Assembly (NCBI GenBank): GCA_963771175.1
Contig: CAVYSY010000038.1
Location: 128,001 to 192,000 of the forward strand
DNA from: an uncultured delta proteobacterium
GTDB taxonomy: Bacteria; Myxococcota; Myxococcia; Myxococcales; Myxococcaceae
Direction: 5' to 3'
DNA length: 64,000 bases
Of this stretch, positions 29,119-42,749 are shown piece after piece. The notes beneath the pieces are model-generated. The model had not been told where the DNA came from. It saw only the letters and a program-made list of their open reading frames with translations, and did no database searches. A program made the position numbers and the translations under genes. The first letter of the stretch is position 1. Every line of letters starts with the position of its first letter.

Positions 29119-30834
29119 TCACGGCGCCGGCGCGACCGTGGGCTTGGGCTCGGGCTTCTGCGCCGGCTTCACCTCGGGCTTCGGCTCCGGCTTCGCCACG
29201 GGCTTCGGCTCGTGCCGGCATGACGAGGCGCGGACCGGCGTCCTTCGACGATGTGCCGGTACCAGGAGTCCGGATACTTGCGGGTGGTTCACCTTGCCCT
29301 TCTCGTCCCGGACGTTGCCGTCGATGTACTTCACGAGCAGCTGCTCGCCCAGCTGGCGCCAGCGGGTGTGCACCTTGTCGCCCTGCTTCTCCGAGTACTC
29401 GGTGAGGTAGTCGCGCGCCTGCTCCGGCGTGCTCTTGTACAGCTCCAGCGCGGCCTTCTCGATGTCCGCCTGGTCCGCGAGGAACTGCCCCTCCAGCTCG
29501 CCCTGCACCTTCTGGACGTCGACGATCATGTCGCTCTAGCGCGAGTAGGCCTAGTTGGCGACCCAGTTGAACACCCAGAAGGCCGAGTCCCAGGAGAACT
29601 CGCCGCGGCTGGCCACGCCCGTGCGCGAGGTTCTTCGGCGCCTGGCGGATGCCCGCGTACATCGGCATGTAGACGGTGGTGTAGGTGTCGTCGACGCCGA
29701 ACCAGAGCACGCCGCCGATGGGGCGCCGGCAGCCAGGCGCGCATCTGCGCCACGAAGGAGAAGCCGGTCTGCTGCGTGGAGATGGCGCGCTCGTGGACGT
29801 ACTTCTTGCCGTCCACCTTCCACGTCATCGGGCGCCAGCGGTAGGGCACGGCGTACGGCCCGGCGCCCACGTCCTTCGTCATGTCGAGCGGGGTGCCCTC
29901 GAAGTGGTCGCGCATCAGCGCCATCACGTCCTGCACGGCGAGCTTCTTGTCCGGCTTGACCCACAGCGGCAGGCGCTTGTTGGGCGCCGAGCCATCCACG
30001 TACTCCGCGCCCAGCTGCCAGCGACGGCGCCGCGCGGCGGAAGATGCTCCACACGCGCGCCTCGCAGAAGCGCGCGCCCTCGAAGTCGAGCGGGTCGTAG
30101 GTGTCGGCGAAGCTGAAGTCCTCGTCCGCGCCCGGTGAACCAGCCCTTCTCGCGCGCGAAGGAGATGACGTCCTTGCGAGTAGAGCGCGTTCTCCGGGTC
30201 GTTGAGCGGGAACTGGCGGATGCGCGACTGGTTGGCGTGCGCCGAGATGTACCCGTCGGGCACCCGGCGGGCCACCCACACCGCGCCCTTCTGCCCCTCG
30301 CCCTTGCCGATCATCTCCAGAATCCACACCTCCTTGGGGTCGGCGATGGAGAAGGACTCGCCGGTGGAGGCGTAGCCGTACTCGGCCACCAGGTCGGTCA
30401 TCACCTGGATGGCCTCGCGGGCCGTCTTCGCGCGCTCCAGGGCGATGTACATGAGCGAGCCGTAGTCGACGATGCCGGCCGGGCCCTCCAGCTCCTTGCG
30501 GCCGCGTGAAGGTGGTCTCGCCGATGGCGACCTGGTGCTCGTTCATGTTGCCCACCACCGAGTAGGTGACGGGGGCCTCCTTGATGCGGCCGAGGAACTT
30601 GCCCGTGTCCCACTCGAAGATGTCGCGCTGGGCCCCGGCCGCGTGGCGGCGCGCGGGGGTGTAGTACAGCTCGCCGTACAGCTCGTGCGAGTCGGCGGCG
30701 TAGGTGATGAGGGTCGAGCCGTCGGCCGAGGCGCCCTTGGTGACCAGCATGCTGGTGCAGGCGAGCGCGGCGGGGGCGACCAGCCCCGCCGAGACGGCCA
30801 GGGCCGGGAGGAACTTCGAGAAGGGTCGGATCAT
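29119..30834 (-). CDS. Peptidase family C69 dipeptidase (exported Ntn hydrolase); several frameshifts and two in-frame TAG
   Basis: Signal peptide then CTSMLVTKGASADGS; GNMNEHQVAIGETTF, ISAHANQSRI, HERAISTQQT, SAFWVFNWV; EPKP-rich tail. Confidence 0.88.
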
Positions 30835-30949
30835 GGCGGCGGATGCTACCAGGGCGACCGTCAATGCCACCTTTCTGAACACGCCATGCATCCCACCCCA
30901 CCGGGCAGGGGGCCGAGCGGAGGGTGGCCAGAACCCGACCACGGCCTAG

Positions 30950-33046
<2,097 letters not shown>

Positions 33047-33068
33047 GCACACGCTCGGCCGTCCGCCT

Positions 33069-33414
33069 TCAGCCCCGCTCGATGCGCAGGAGGTCCTCCA
33101 GCCGCACCGCGGTGCAGGCGACCGGGTGGATCTCCGAGATGCTCCAGTCCTCCAGCGACTGGGCGTCGATGAGGACCTCGGGCTTGGGGAGGAAGCCCCG
33201 GAAGCAGCCCTCGAGCCCCAGCTCCGTCGCCACCCGACGGGCGTGCTCGGCGCCGTGGCGGCTCCACAGGTACATGCCCGCCCCCTTCTCGGCGCAGCTC
33301 GCGCACCCGCTTCACCACCCGCTCCTGGGAGATGCGTTTGTCCGCGGTGCTCGGGACCAGCGTGTCATCGGCGTCGAGGTAGATGGCCGCACAGGGAACG
33401 ACGGGGGAGGTCAT
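33069..33414 (-). CDS. Small HAD-like hypothetical protein; frameshift near 33280
   Basis: IYLDADDTLV motif, then shifted frame YLWSRHGAEHA...FLPKPEVLID. Confidence 0.65.
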
Positions 33415-33637
33415 GACGGGGGGAAGATGGCACCGCCCGGAGCCCTGTCCAGAGACGGGAGGTGGGCCGCTCCCCGGGCACCCGGCCAGCCTCCTCTACT
33501 ATCGCTCGTTGCTCGCATGAGGGCAGGTTGTCGGCGTGTTTCCGTGGGACTCCCCGGACAGGCGGCTCACGGCTGACAATCGGGGGGAATGGGGACGAAG
33601 CTCCCCGGTCCAGCTCCAGCCACCTTTCGAGGCCACG

Positions 33638-35274
<1,637 letters not shown>

Positions 35275-35290
35275 GCGCCCCGACCCCAAG

Positions 35291-35315
35291 GGAGGCCCGG
35301 TGATGCCGGGCCTCC
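35291..35315. terminator. Hairpin between convergent genes (likely bidirectional terminator)
   Basis: Perfect 10-bp stem GGAGGCCCGG-TGATG-CCGGGCCTCC between stops at 35274 and 35326. Confidence 0.7.
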
Positions 35316-35325
35316 TTCGGAGGAA

Positions 35326-35718
35326 TCAGTGCTTCAGCCCCGCCACATGGGTGGTGGGAAGGCTCTCCATCCCGTGGGCGAGCTGGAAGGTGTAGCGCAC
35401 GCGGGGCGCCGACTTGAGGCCCCCCACCACCTTGAAGAGGAAGTAGCCGCGGTCCACGTTGTCCGGGTCCGGCGTCACCTGCACATGGAGCAGGTCGGTG
35501 GTGTCGAGCACCATCTCCCCCACCATCCGCTTGCCAAGGATGAGCTGCACCACGGGTGCGCCGTTGTCCTCCGCGAAGAGGGCCCAGTGGAGCGCCTCGG
35601 CGTCGTAGAGCCAGAACTCTTCCGTGCCGACGCTGAGGACGCAGTTGGTGTGGTCCAGGACCCAGTCCCAGAAGCGCTCGAAGGGGAGTGTGCCCCCCGT
35701 CTCTGTCTCAATCGCCAT
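35326..35718 (-). CDS. Hypothetical protein
   Basis: 130-aa ORF with coding-like GC3; co-oriented downstream of the kinase. Confidence 0.7.
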   Translation of the reverse strand: MAIETETGGTLPFERFWDWVLDHTNCVLSVGTEEFWLYDAEALHWALFAEDNGAPVVQLILGKRMVGEMVLDTTDLLHVQVTPDPDNVDRGYFLFKVVGGLKSAPRVRYTFQLAHGMESLPTTHVAGLKH

Positions 35719-35777
35719 GCCCCCCACATAGCGCAGGTCGGGGGGTGATGGGCGACGGAGAGGGGCCTATATCGGCC

Positions 35778-37154
35778 TCACGTCATCAGCCACACCACCA
35801 GGAAGCCCGCCGCGAGCGCGACGAGGAAGAGCCCCGCGGTGAGCCACACCCTCCGGGATATCCCAGCGCCAGGGAGGGGCCCCTCCTCCTCGCCGCCCTC
35901 CTCGATGGCCCGCACCAGCCCGGACTCCTCGCCCTGCTGCGCCACGTCGAAAGCCACCCGTACCTCGCGAGAGGTCGGAGGCTCGGCCTGGGACTCGGCG
36001 GAGCCCGGCGTCGCCTGCGGGGCGTCCTCCATCAGGACCACCTCCGCGGACGGCACGAAGTCCGCCGGGGCATCGAGGGCCCGGTGCTCGAAGGCCAGCG
36101 CGGTGGGAGGCGCGAAGGTCGGCAGCTCCTTCTCGGTGAGCGGACGACGGAGCTTCGACTTGCCTCGCACCAGCTCCCCGAGCACGCCGTCCTCCACCGC
36201 CTTCTCCCGCGCGAAGGCCTCGCCCATCAGCCGCGCCAGGTCCGCATCCCCCACCCCGGGCGCGTACTTCTCCCGCAGGGCGCGCAGCGCCGCCCCGAGC
36301 GCCCTCGCATCCAGGAAGCGTGCCTCGGGCTCGGTGGCCAGCGCCTTCAGCACCACCGCGTCCATGTCTGGCGGCAGGTCCGCCTGGTGGCGGCTGGGCG
36401 GTTCCCACTGGGGGTACGCCGCGCGGCGCCAGCGAGCGACGACATCGCCCTTCTGCGCCTGCGTCTGCGCCTGCCAGGCGAGCAGCTCCCAGAGCACCAC
36501 CCCCGTGGCGTACACGTCCGCCCGCCGGTCCACGCGCAGCTTGCGCGCCTGCTCCGGCGCCATGTACGCGATGCTGCCCATCACCACGCTCGGCGCCGTC
36601 TGCGCCTCCTTCAGCGTGGACTGCGCCGCGCCGAAGTCGATGATTTTGACCTCGCCGCCGTAGGAGATGCACACGTTGGCCGGCGACAAGTCCCTGTGCA
36701 CGAGGTGCAGAGGCTGGCCGTACTCGTCCGTCACGTCGTGGGCGTACGCCAGCCCCTCGCACATGCGCTCGCCGATGAGCAGCACCAGCCCCCGGGGCAA
36801 CACCCGCCCCTGCTGCCGCAGGCGCCAGGCGAGCCGGTTGAGCGTCTTGCCCGCCACGTACTCCATGGCGAGATAGAGCTCCCCGGCCACCTCGCCCATG
36901 TCCCACACGCGAGCGATGTTGGGATGGGACAGGCGCCGCACCACCCGCGCCTCGTCCCGGAAGCGGGCGAGGAACTGCGGGTTCCCCGCCAGGGAGGGCA
37001 GCACCTTCTTCACCACGCAGGCGCGGCCCGGGCTCTCCTCGCGCGCGAGGAACACCTCCCCCATCCCCCCGTACCCGATGCGCCGCACCAGGGTATAGGG
37101 ACCGAAGGGGAGGGACCCCGGGCGCTCGGGCGCCGGCTCAGGCACCCTGTCCAA
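35778..37154 (-). CDS. Ser/Thr protein kinase with C-terminal TM anchor
   Basis: IGYGGMGEV, VVKK, HRDLSPAN, DFG, YMAPE, DVYATG; start overlaps the hemL end. Confidence 0.93.
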   Translation of the reverse strand: MDRVPEPAPERPGSLPFGPYTLVRRIGYGGMGEVFLAREESPGRACVVKKVLPSLAGNPQFLARFRDEARVVRRLSHPNIARVWDMGEVAGELYLAMEYVAGKTLNRLAWRLRQQGRVLPRGLVLLIGERMCEGLAYAHDVTDEYGQPLHLVHRDLSPANVCISYGGEVKIIDFGAAQSTLKEAQTAPSVVMGSIAYMAPEQARKLRVDRRADVYATGVVLWELLAWQAQTQAQKGDVVARWRRAAYPQWEPPSRHQADLPPDMDAVVLKALATEPEARFLDARALGAALRALREKYAPGVGDADLARLMGEAFAREKAVEDGVLGELVRGKSKLRRPLTEKELPTFAPPTALAFEHRALDAPADFVPSAEVVLMEDAPQATPGSAESQAEPPTSREVRVAFDVAQQGEESGLVRAIEEGGEEEGPLPGAGISRRVWLTAGLFLVALAAGFLVVWLMT

Positions 37155-38433
37155 GCGCCCGGAACGCCTTGCGAGCCGCCTTGAGGATGTGCGCCACCTC
37201 GGGCTCGTTGATGGCCAGTGACAGGAACGCCGCCTCGAACTGGCTCGGCGGCAGGTACACGCCCTCGTCCAGCATCACCTGGAAGAAGCGGCTGTAGCGC
37301 GCCGTGTCGCTCTTCTTCGCGCTCGGGTAGTCGAACACCGGCCCCTCGGTGAAGAAGACGGTGAACATGCTGCCCACGCGGTTGATGGTGACGGGGACGT
37401 TGGCCTCCTTCGCCTCCGCGCGCAGGCCCGCTTCAATCTCGCGGCCGATGAAGTCCAGGCGCTCGTACACGCCCGGGGCGCGCAGCGCCTGGAGGCTCGC
37501 GAGGCCCGCCGCCACCGCCACCGGGTTCCCCGACAGCGTGCCCGACTGGTACACCGGGCCCTCGGGGGCAATCTTCGACATGATGTCGCGCCGCCCGCCG
37601 TAGGCCGCCAGCGGCATGCCGCCACCAATCACCTTGCCGAAGGTGCTCAGGTCCGGACGCAGGCCGTACACCTCCTGCGCTCCGCCGCGCGCCAGCCGGA
37701 AGCCCGTCATCACCTCGTCCAGGACGAGCAGCACCCCGTGGGCGCGGCACAGCGCCTGGAGTCCCTGGAGGTAGCCCTCCTCGGGGATGAGCACGCCCAT
37801 GTTGCCCACCACCGGCTCGATGATGGCGCAGGCGATGTCCTTGGCCCGCTGCGTGAAGAGCTTCTCCACCGCCCCCAGGTCATTGAAGGGCGCCGTCAGC
37901 GTGAGCTGCGCCACCGCCGCGGGCACGCCCGGCGAGTCCGGCAGCCCCAGCGTCTCCACGCCGCTGCCCGCCTTCACCAGGAAGGGGTCGCCCGCGCCGT
38001 GGAAGCAGCCCTCGAACTTGAGGATGTAGTCGCGGCCCGTGTAGCCGCGCGCCAGCCGGATGGCCGCCACCGTGGCCTCGGTGCCACTGGAGACGAGCCG
38101 CACCTTCTCCACGCTCGGCACCGTGGCGCAGATGAGCTCGGCGAACTGCACCTCCAGGTCCGTGGGCGCCCCGAAGGTGGTGCCCCGGCGCGCCGCCTCG
38201 GTGACGGCCTCGATGATGGGCGGGTAGGCATGGCCCAGGATGAGGGGACCCCAGCTCCCCACCAGGTCCACGTAGCGGTTGTCATCCACGTCCGTCAGCC
38301 ACGCGCCCGCGCCCTCCTTGAAGAAGACGGGCTCACCGCCGACCCCACGGAAGGCACGCACCGGGGAGTTCACTCCGCCCGGAATGCGCTCCTGCGCGCG
38401 AGAGAAGAGGGCCTTGCTCTGCGAGTGGTTCAT
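37138..38433 (-). CDS. hemL: Glutamate-1-semialdehyde 2,1-aminomutase
   Basis: IPGGVNSPVRAF, SWGPLILGHA, SGTEAT, DEVMTGFR, GKVIGGGMP, GTLSGNP, PSQFEA. Confidence 0.97.
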   Translation of the reverse strand: MNHSQSKALFSRAQERIPGGVNSPVRAFRGVGGEPVFFKEGAGAWLTDVDDNRYVDLVGSWGPLILGHAYPPIIEAVTEAARRGTTFGAPTDLEVQFAELICATVPSVEKVRLVSSGTEATVAAIRLARGYTGRDYILKFEGCFHGAGDPFLVKAGSGVETLGLPDSPGVPAAVAQLTLTAPFNDLGAVEKLFTQRAKDIACAIIEPVVGNMGVLIPEEGYLQGLQALCRAHGVLLVLDEVMTGFRLARGGAQEVYGLRPDLSTFGKVIGGGMPLAAYGGRRDIMSKIAPEGPVYQSGTLSGNPVAVAAGLASLQALRAPGVYERLDFIGREIEAGLRAEAKEANVPVTINRVGSMFTVFFTEGPVFDYPSAKKSDTARYSRFFQVMLDEGVYLPPSQFEAAFLSLAINEPEVAHILKAARKAFRALGQGA

Positions 38434-38692
38434 GTGCGCTCCATAGCACGCGACTTGCGGCGCCACCGGCGTCACCCGTTCATCACCGGCAGCCTGCTTG
38501 ATTCCCGGCAGGGCTAGAACTACACCGCGCCGCACTTTCGTGTTTTACGGCTTATGGGTGGGTGGAGGAACTTTCGGTAGCGGCGGTTCTAGCCTTTCCC
38601 GGGCGGGCGGGTCCACCTGCGGGCCCGGCGAGCGCCAGGCATCGGCGAGGGCTGGGGTCCCCTCCCCAACCCAACACCGCACGGGGAGGAGC

Positions 38693-39445
38693 ATGTTGGA
38701 CATGAAACACAGTGGAAACGGGACGCGGAGCACCTTGAAGCTGGCGGGTTTTCTCCTGGTGCTCGTGGCGGCCCTCGGTGCCCAGGCGGAGCCGCCCTCC
38801 TCCAAACTCCCTGGCCGTACGCCGGACTCCAAGGAACCCTGGGGCGCTTTTCTTGGCCGGGCCGCACATGAGGCCATTGGCAACGAGTACATCGTGCGGC
38901 ATCCCACCCATCGCGTCTTCCTCAACACCGTCAATCTCTACGACATTGTGAAGCAGGGGAAGTTGGGGGATCCCAAGCGTCTTTCGGAGTTCGTGAGGCG
39001 CTTGCGCCCGGACATCACCGATACCCGCGCCCTCGTGCTGTTCGAGATCAAGCCGGACGATGAGGAGTCGCGCAGGGAAGGGAGAGAACAGGCGGGGCGC
39101 TACCTGGCGGCTCTGAATGAGGCCGTCGAACCTGACAAGAAGCTCGTGGGAGGCACCGGCTTCGAGGGGTCGCTCTTCCTCGAATTCGAGAACGGGGGAG
39201 CACTCTGGCAGTTGTCCTGGCGCACGCCAGAGCCCGGAGTAACGCTGTACCGCTGGAGCTACCGGCGCAAGCAGCCCAATGCTTCCTGGAAGGAGCAGGC
39301 GGCCCAGAAGGCAGAGGAATTGCCCAGGGAAGAAATAGCGCAGCGCGATGAGTTGGCCGAGCAGGCGATCCGGGCTGCCTATGAAGGGGGCGAACATCCC
39401 AAGGGCTTCCAGGGCCAGGTCTACCTGCCCGTGGACTGCCGCTGA
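38693..39445 (+). CDS. Exported protein with PD-(D/E)xK restriction-endonuclease-like motif
   Basis: Signal peptide (AQA); GRAAHEAIG...RPDITD...FEIKP...GREQAGRY. Confidence 0.65.
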   Translation: MLDMKHSGNGTRSTLKLAGFLLVLVAALGAQAEPPSSKLPGRTPDSKEPWGAFLGRAAHEAIGNEYIVRHPTHRVFLNTVNLYDIVKQGKLGDPKRLSEFVRRLRPDITDTRALVLFEIKPDDEESRREGREQAGRYLAALNEAVEPDKKLVGGTGFEGSLFLEFENGGALWQLSWRTPEPGVTLYRWSYRRKQPNASWKEQAAQKAEELPREEIAQRDELAEQAIRAAYEGGEHPKGFQGQVYLPVDCR

Positions 39446-39532
39446 GCGGGCGGGAGGCGTCTGCTGCCCTCGGAGCGCGCGAAGTGCCTGGCGATTGAGG
39501 AGCATCTGACCGCTGTGGTAGGGCGAAAAGCC

Positions 39533-40333
39533 ATGACCACGGAACAGTCCCCGGTGCTCGAGTTTCCAGCGTGGCTCCACGGCTCCACCGCCGCCATCCT
39601 CCGCAAGGCGAGGGCCGAGGGCCACTGGTGGGCCCGGGAGTACCTCAAGACCGGTTCCTTTCCCCAACCCCGGCAGATGCGCCAGGTGCCTCCCGGCGAG
39701 GTGCTGGTGGTGCGATCAGCGGCCGAATTCGACTCGACCCGCACACGCTGGTGGGTGCACCTGTTCGGCGAGGTCTTCATCAACTTGGATGAAGGCGTCC
39801 CGGAGGAGGAGCACCAGCACATGAGGGAGTCCTTCGAGTCCTTCTGCCTGAGCACGCCTTGGGGCGCCCTCTATTATGCCGTATCCTCACCCTCGCCGCA
39901 GAGCGCTGAGCGCATGGCGAACCGGCTCGCCTCGGTGCTCCGCTTCTGGGACGTGCTCCAGGGCCCTCGCTACGCGTTCTGGCTCGGTAAGAAGTACACG
40001 CTGGAAGAGCTCATGGAGGATATCTACGGCAAGACCCTGGAGGCCTGGTGCCCCGGAGGCCCGGCCTCGGTCCGCGAGCACCTGGCCCAGACGGTGGAGC
40101 GCATGTCTCGCGCTACCCGAGAAGAGTGCATGGAGGCCGTGCTCCGGGTGATTCCTGTCCTGGTGGAGGTGGACACCGATTTGAAGCACCGCGAGGTTCT
40201 CTGTGACCCGGGCTTTCTGCGTGAGCGCCTCTCCGCGCTTCCCCCGAAGAAGTTCGAGGATTTCTCCAGCGCCGACAAGTACGCGGTGACAGGGCAGTTG
40301 TGGGACTGGGACAGGGAGTTGGGGCGGCATTAG
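39533..40333 (+). CDS. Hypothetical cytoplasmic protein, candidate partner/immunity protein
   Basis: Trp/Glu-rich 266-aa ORF with no signal peptide, 87 bp after the REase-like gene. Confidence 0.65.
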   Translation: MTTEQSPVLEFPAWLHGSTAAILRKARAEGHWWAREYLKTGSFPQPRQMRQVPPGEVLVVRSAAEFDSTRTRWWVHLFGEVFINLDEGVPEEEHQHMRESFESFCLSTPWGALYYAVSSPSPQSAERMANRLASVLRFWDVLQGPRYAFWLGKKYTLEELMEDIYGKTLEAWCPGGPASVREHLAQTVERMSRATREECMEAVLRVIPVLVEVDTDLKHREVLCDPGFLRERLSALPPKKFEDFSSADKYAVTGQLWDWDRELGRH

Positions 40334-40448
40334 CATCGACGCCCTGCAGGAGATGAACATCATTCCCCCAGAAGACTTTGACGCGCTAAACGCGAAACAC
40401 GGAATCGACTAATCAGACAGCATCGAAAAAACAATCCCAGCGGGAGTC

Positions 40449-41513
40449 ATGTTGAAGGCCCAGCGAATGCAGTCGTCCACCGCTCGATGCTGGCGCCTCG
40501 TCCCCGCGTTGCTTGCCGCGCTCGGAGCCACTTCCGCCTCCGCCGTCGATGAGCGTCCGATCGCCGAGCCGCGCCTGCCCCAGCTCACATGCTACGCGGG
40601 CTACTTGAAGCTCGAGGCGCCGCACGGGCTCGCGGGTGTGCGTGCCGCCATCCAGCAGGCCCTTGCCCGGAAAGACCAGGCCGCGCTGCGCTTCCTGGAG
40701 GAGCGGCTCACCGAGGTCATCGGCGGGGATGCCAATGCCGCGCTCCAGGCGATTGAGTGGGCCCACGCCGCACAAGAGCCCGAGATGTCGCTCTATCTGC
40801 GCGCGGTGCGCGAGACGGAGGCCGTGCGCGCCCCGAAGGTGGTGGACCGGCTCGTCACCCTGGCCGAGGGACACTCGGCTCCCAGCCATCAGGCGGGCGC
40901 GTTGATTGCCCTGGAGACACAGCACCGGCTTGAGCCAGCCCTGCTGGAGCGCCTCACCACGCTGGCCAAAAAGGACACGCTCGCCACCGGTGTGGCCATG
41001 CACACGGTGCGCACCATCGGCCGGGTGATGGACAACGACTTCAAGCGCACCGGCAGCTTCGACCCGTACATGGGCAAGCTGCTGGAGGTGGCGCTCGACT
41101 CCACCGAGGCCGACGTGCGGAGCCTCGCCCTCGAGATGGGCACCTACCCGGAGGCCCGTATCGAAGGGAAGTCGCTCCAGCAGATGGCGAAGCTCCTGGC
41201 CGAGGACCCCGACCCCGGTGTGCGCGAGATGGCGGCGCTGGTGATGTCCTCGGGACGGGATACGCAGGCCGTGCTCGACGCATTCCGCGAGTCCTTTCCC
41301 CGGGAGAAGAACCTGTGCGTGCGCTGGGCGCTCGTGCGCTACGCGGTGCGAGCCGCGGGCCCCGAGGCCCTCCCGCTGCTCAAGGACTTCGCGAGGCGGG
41401 ACGCGCGCTTCCAGCGGGACTACGCCGAGTTCAAGGCGCTGTATGACGCGGGCCAGGTCGACTTCAACCGCGTCTGGCTCGGCAAGGCCACCCACCACCG
41501 CTGCGAGGGATAG
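40449..41513 (+). CDS. Exported HEAT-repeat-like protein
   Basis: Signal peptide (ASA); helical repeats such as EADVRSLALE, DPDPGVREMAALVM. Confidence 0.75.
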   Translation: MLKAQRMQSSTARCWRLVPALLAALGATSASAVDERPIAEPRLPQLTCYAGYLKLEAPHGLAGVRAAIQQALARKDQAALRFLEERLTEVIGGDANAALQAIEWAHAAQEPEMSLYLRAVRETEAVRAPKVVDRLVTLAEGHSAPSHQAGALIALETQHRLEPALLERLTTLAKKDTLATGVAMHTVRTIGRVMDNDFKRTGSFDPYMGKLLEVALDSTEADVRSLALEMGTYPEARIEGKSLQQMAKLLAEDPDPGVREMAALVMSSGRDTQAVLDAFRESFPREKNLCVRWALVRYAVRAAGPEALPLLKDFARRDARFQRDYAEFKALYDAGQVDFNRVWLGKATHHRCEG

Positions 41514-41516
41514 GCG

Positions 41517-42646
41517 ATGAGCACGGGAGCGAAGAAGACCTGGGTGGGGGTTGGCGTGGTGCTGCTCGCCGCGCTCGTGGGCCTGCTGCTGTGGCGAGCT
41601 GCCCCCTCGGGCGGAACCACGGACGAAGCGAGGGACACCGTGGCCGTCCAGGACCCGGCGAGCACGGGCGAGGGGCGCGGCGACACGTCGGCTCCGACCT
41701 CGCCCCCCCGAGCCCCCCACCCGAGGACCTGCTGCGGCCGGTGCCGTGCGAGTTGGACTCGCTGGTAGAGGAGTACCGCCAGGGCAAGGGCTCGCCGGCA
41801 TACCGGCGCCATGTGATGGAGCAACTGCGCGGCCTCCTGGAGACGCTGCCGCCGGAGCATTTCTGGGCGAAGGTGGAGGCGGAGCAGGACGCGGAGGTGC
41901 TGGAGCCCCTGTCTGCGCTGTGGGTGATGCGATTCAACCTGACGGGCGACCGGGGCGTGCTGGAGCGGGTGCTGACCAAGGCCGCGCGCGAGTCGGACCC
42001 GAAGCGCCGGGCGGCGATGGTGCGCTCACTGAGGGCCTCGGGCGAGCCGGCCAGCGAGGTGCTGGCCAGGGCCGAGTCCACGCGCCACGCCTACCGCGAG
42101 TGGGTGAAGGACGCGGCCCCCGAGGTGCGCGAGGCGGTGGTGGGCAACCTGACGGAAGAGGCCGCGCGCAACTTCGGTCGCTTCCAGGGTGTGGCGGAGG
42201 AGGCGGTGGCGCTTGCCTCGGAGGCGGGAGACCCGAAGACGGCGGCGGGGCTGCTGGGCGCGTCGTCCATCGAGGCGGCGCGGACGCCAGCGGTGGACTC
42301 GGTGCGCCAACTGCTCCAGGGCTCCGAGCACCCCGAGGTGCGGGAGGCCGCGGCGAAGGCGCTGGGCACGGTGTCGGTGAGCGAGTCCGAGCGGACGATG
42401 CGGGCGCTGACGGCTCGCTATGCCATGGAGAGCTCGCACGCGGTGCGCGGCGCCATCCTGGAGAGCCTCGCGCGCCTGGGCCTGTCGAACGCCGTGCCGG
42501 TGCTGCGCGAGCTGAAGGGCGTGGACCGGGAGCTGGACGGGGAGATCGACACGTGGCTCGCGCTGCTGGCCTCCCAGCCGCAGACGTGGAACCTGCTGCT
42601 GCGCGACAAGCAGGCGCTGGAGCACCGGCGAGGCCAGGGCGGCTGA
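41517..42646 (+). CDS. Membrane-anchored HEAT-repeat protein; frameshift near 41715
   Basis: N-terminal TM in ORF 41517; body in ORF 41591 with PEVREAVV, PEVREAAAKALG, HAVRGAILESL. Confidence 0.75.
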
Positions 42647-42682
42647 GCCCGAGGCCCAGGACAGAGCACTCGCGGGAAATCC

Positions 42683-42701
42683 CCTCTCCCGGCGGGAGAG
42701 G
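42683..42701. repeat. CCTCTCCC-N3-GGGAGAGG intergenic hairpin element
   Basis: Perfect 8-bp stem; related degenerate copy at about 52978-53003. Confidence 0.55.
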
Positions 42702-42749
42702 ATAGGTTGAGGCTCTCGCCGTCCCGAGCTTCCCACCCGAGGTCCCGCC

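Noticed and set aside
29536..29553. Two in-frame TAG codons in the C69 peptidase (WVAN*AYSR*SDMI) suggesting amber recoding
   Set aside because: TAG is a normal stop elsewhere in the window, no pyl genes are seen, each TAG is one substitution from a sense codon, and the gene has many other errors
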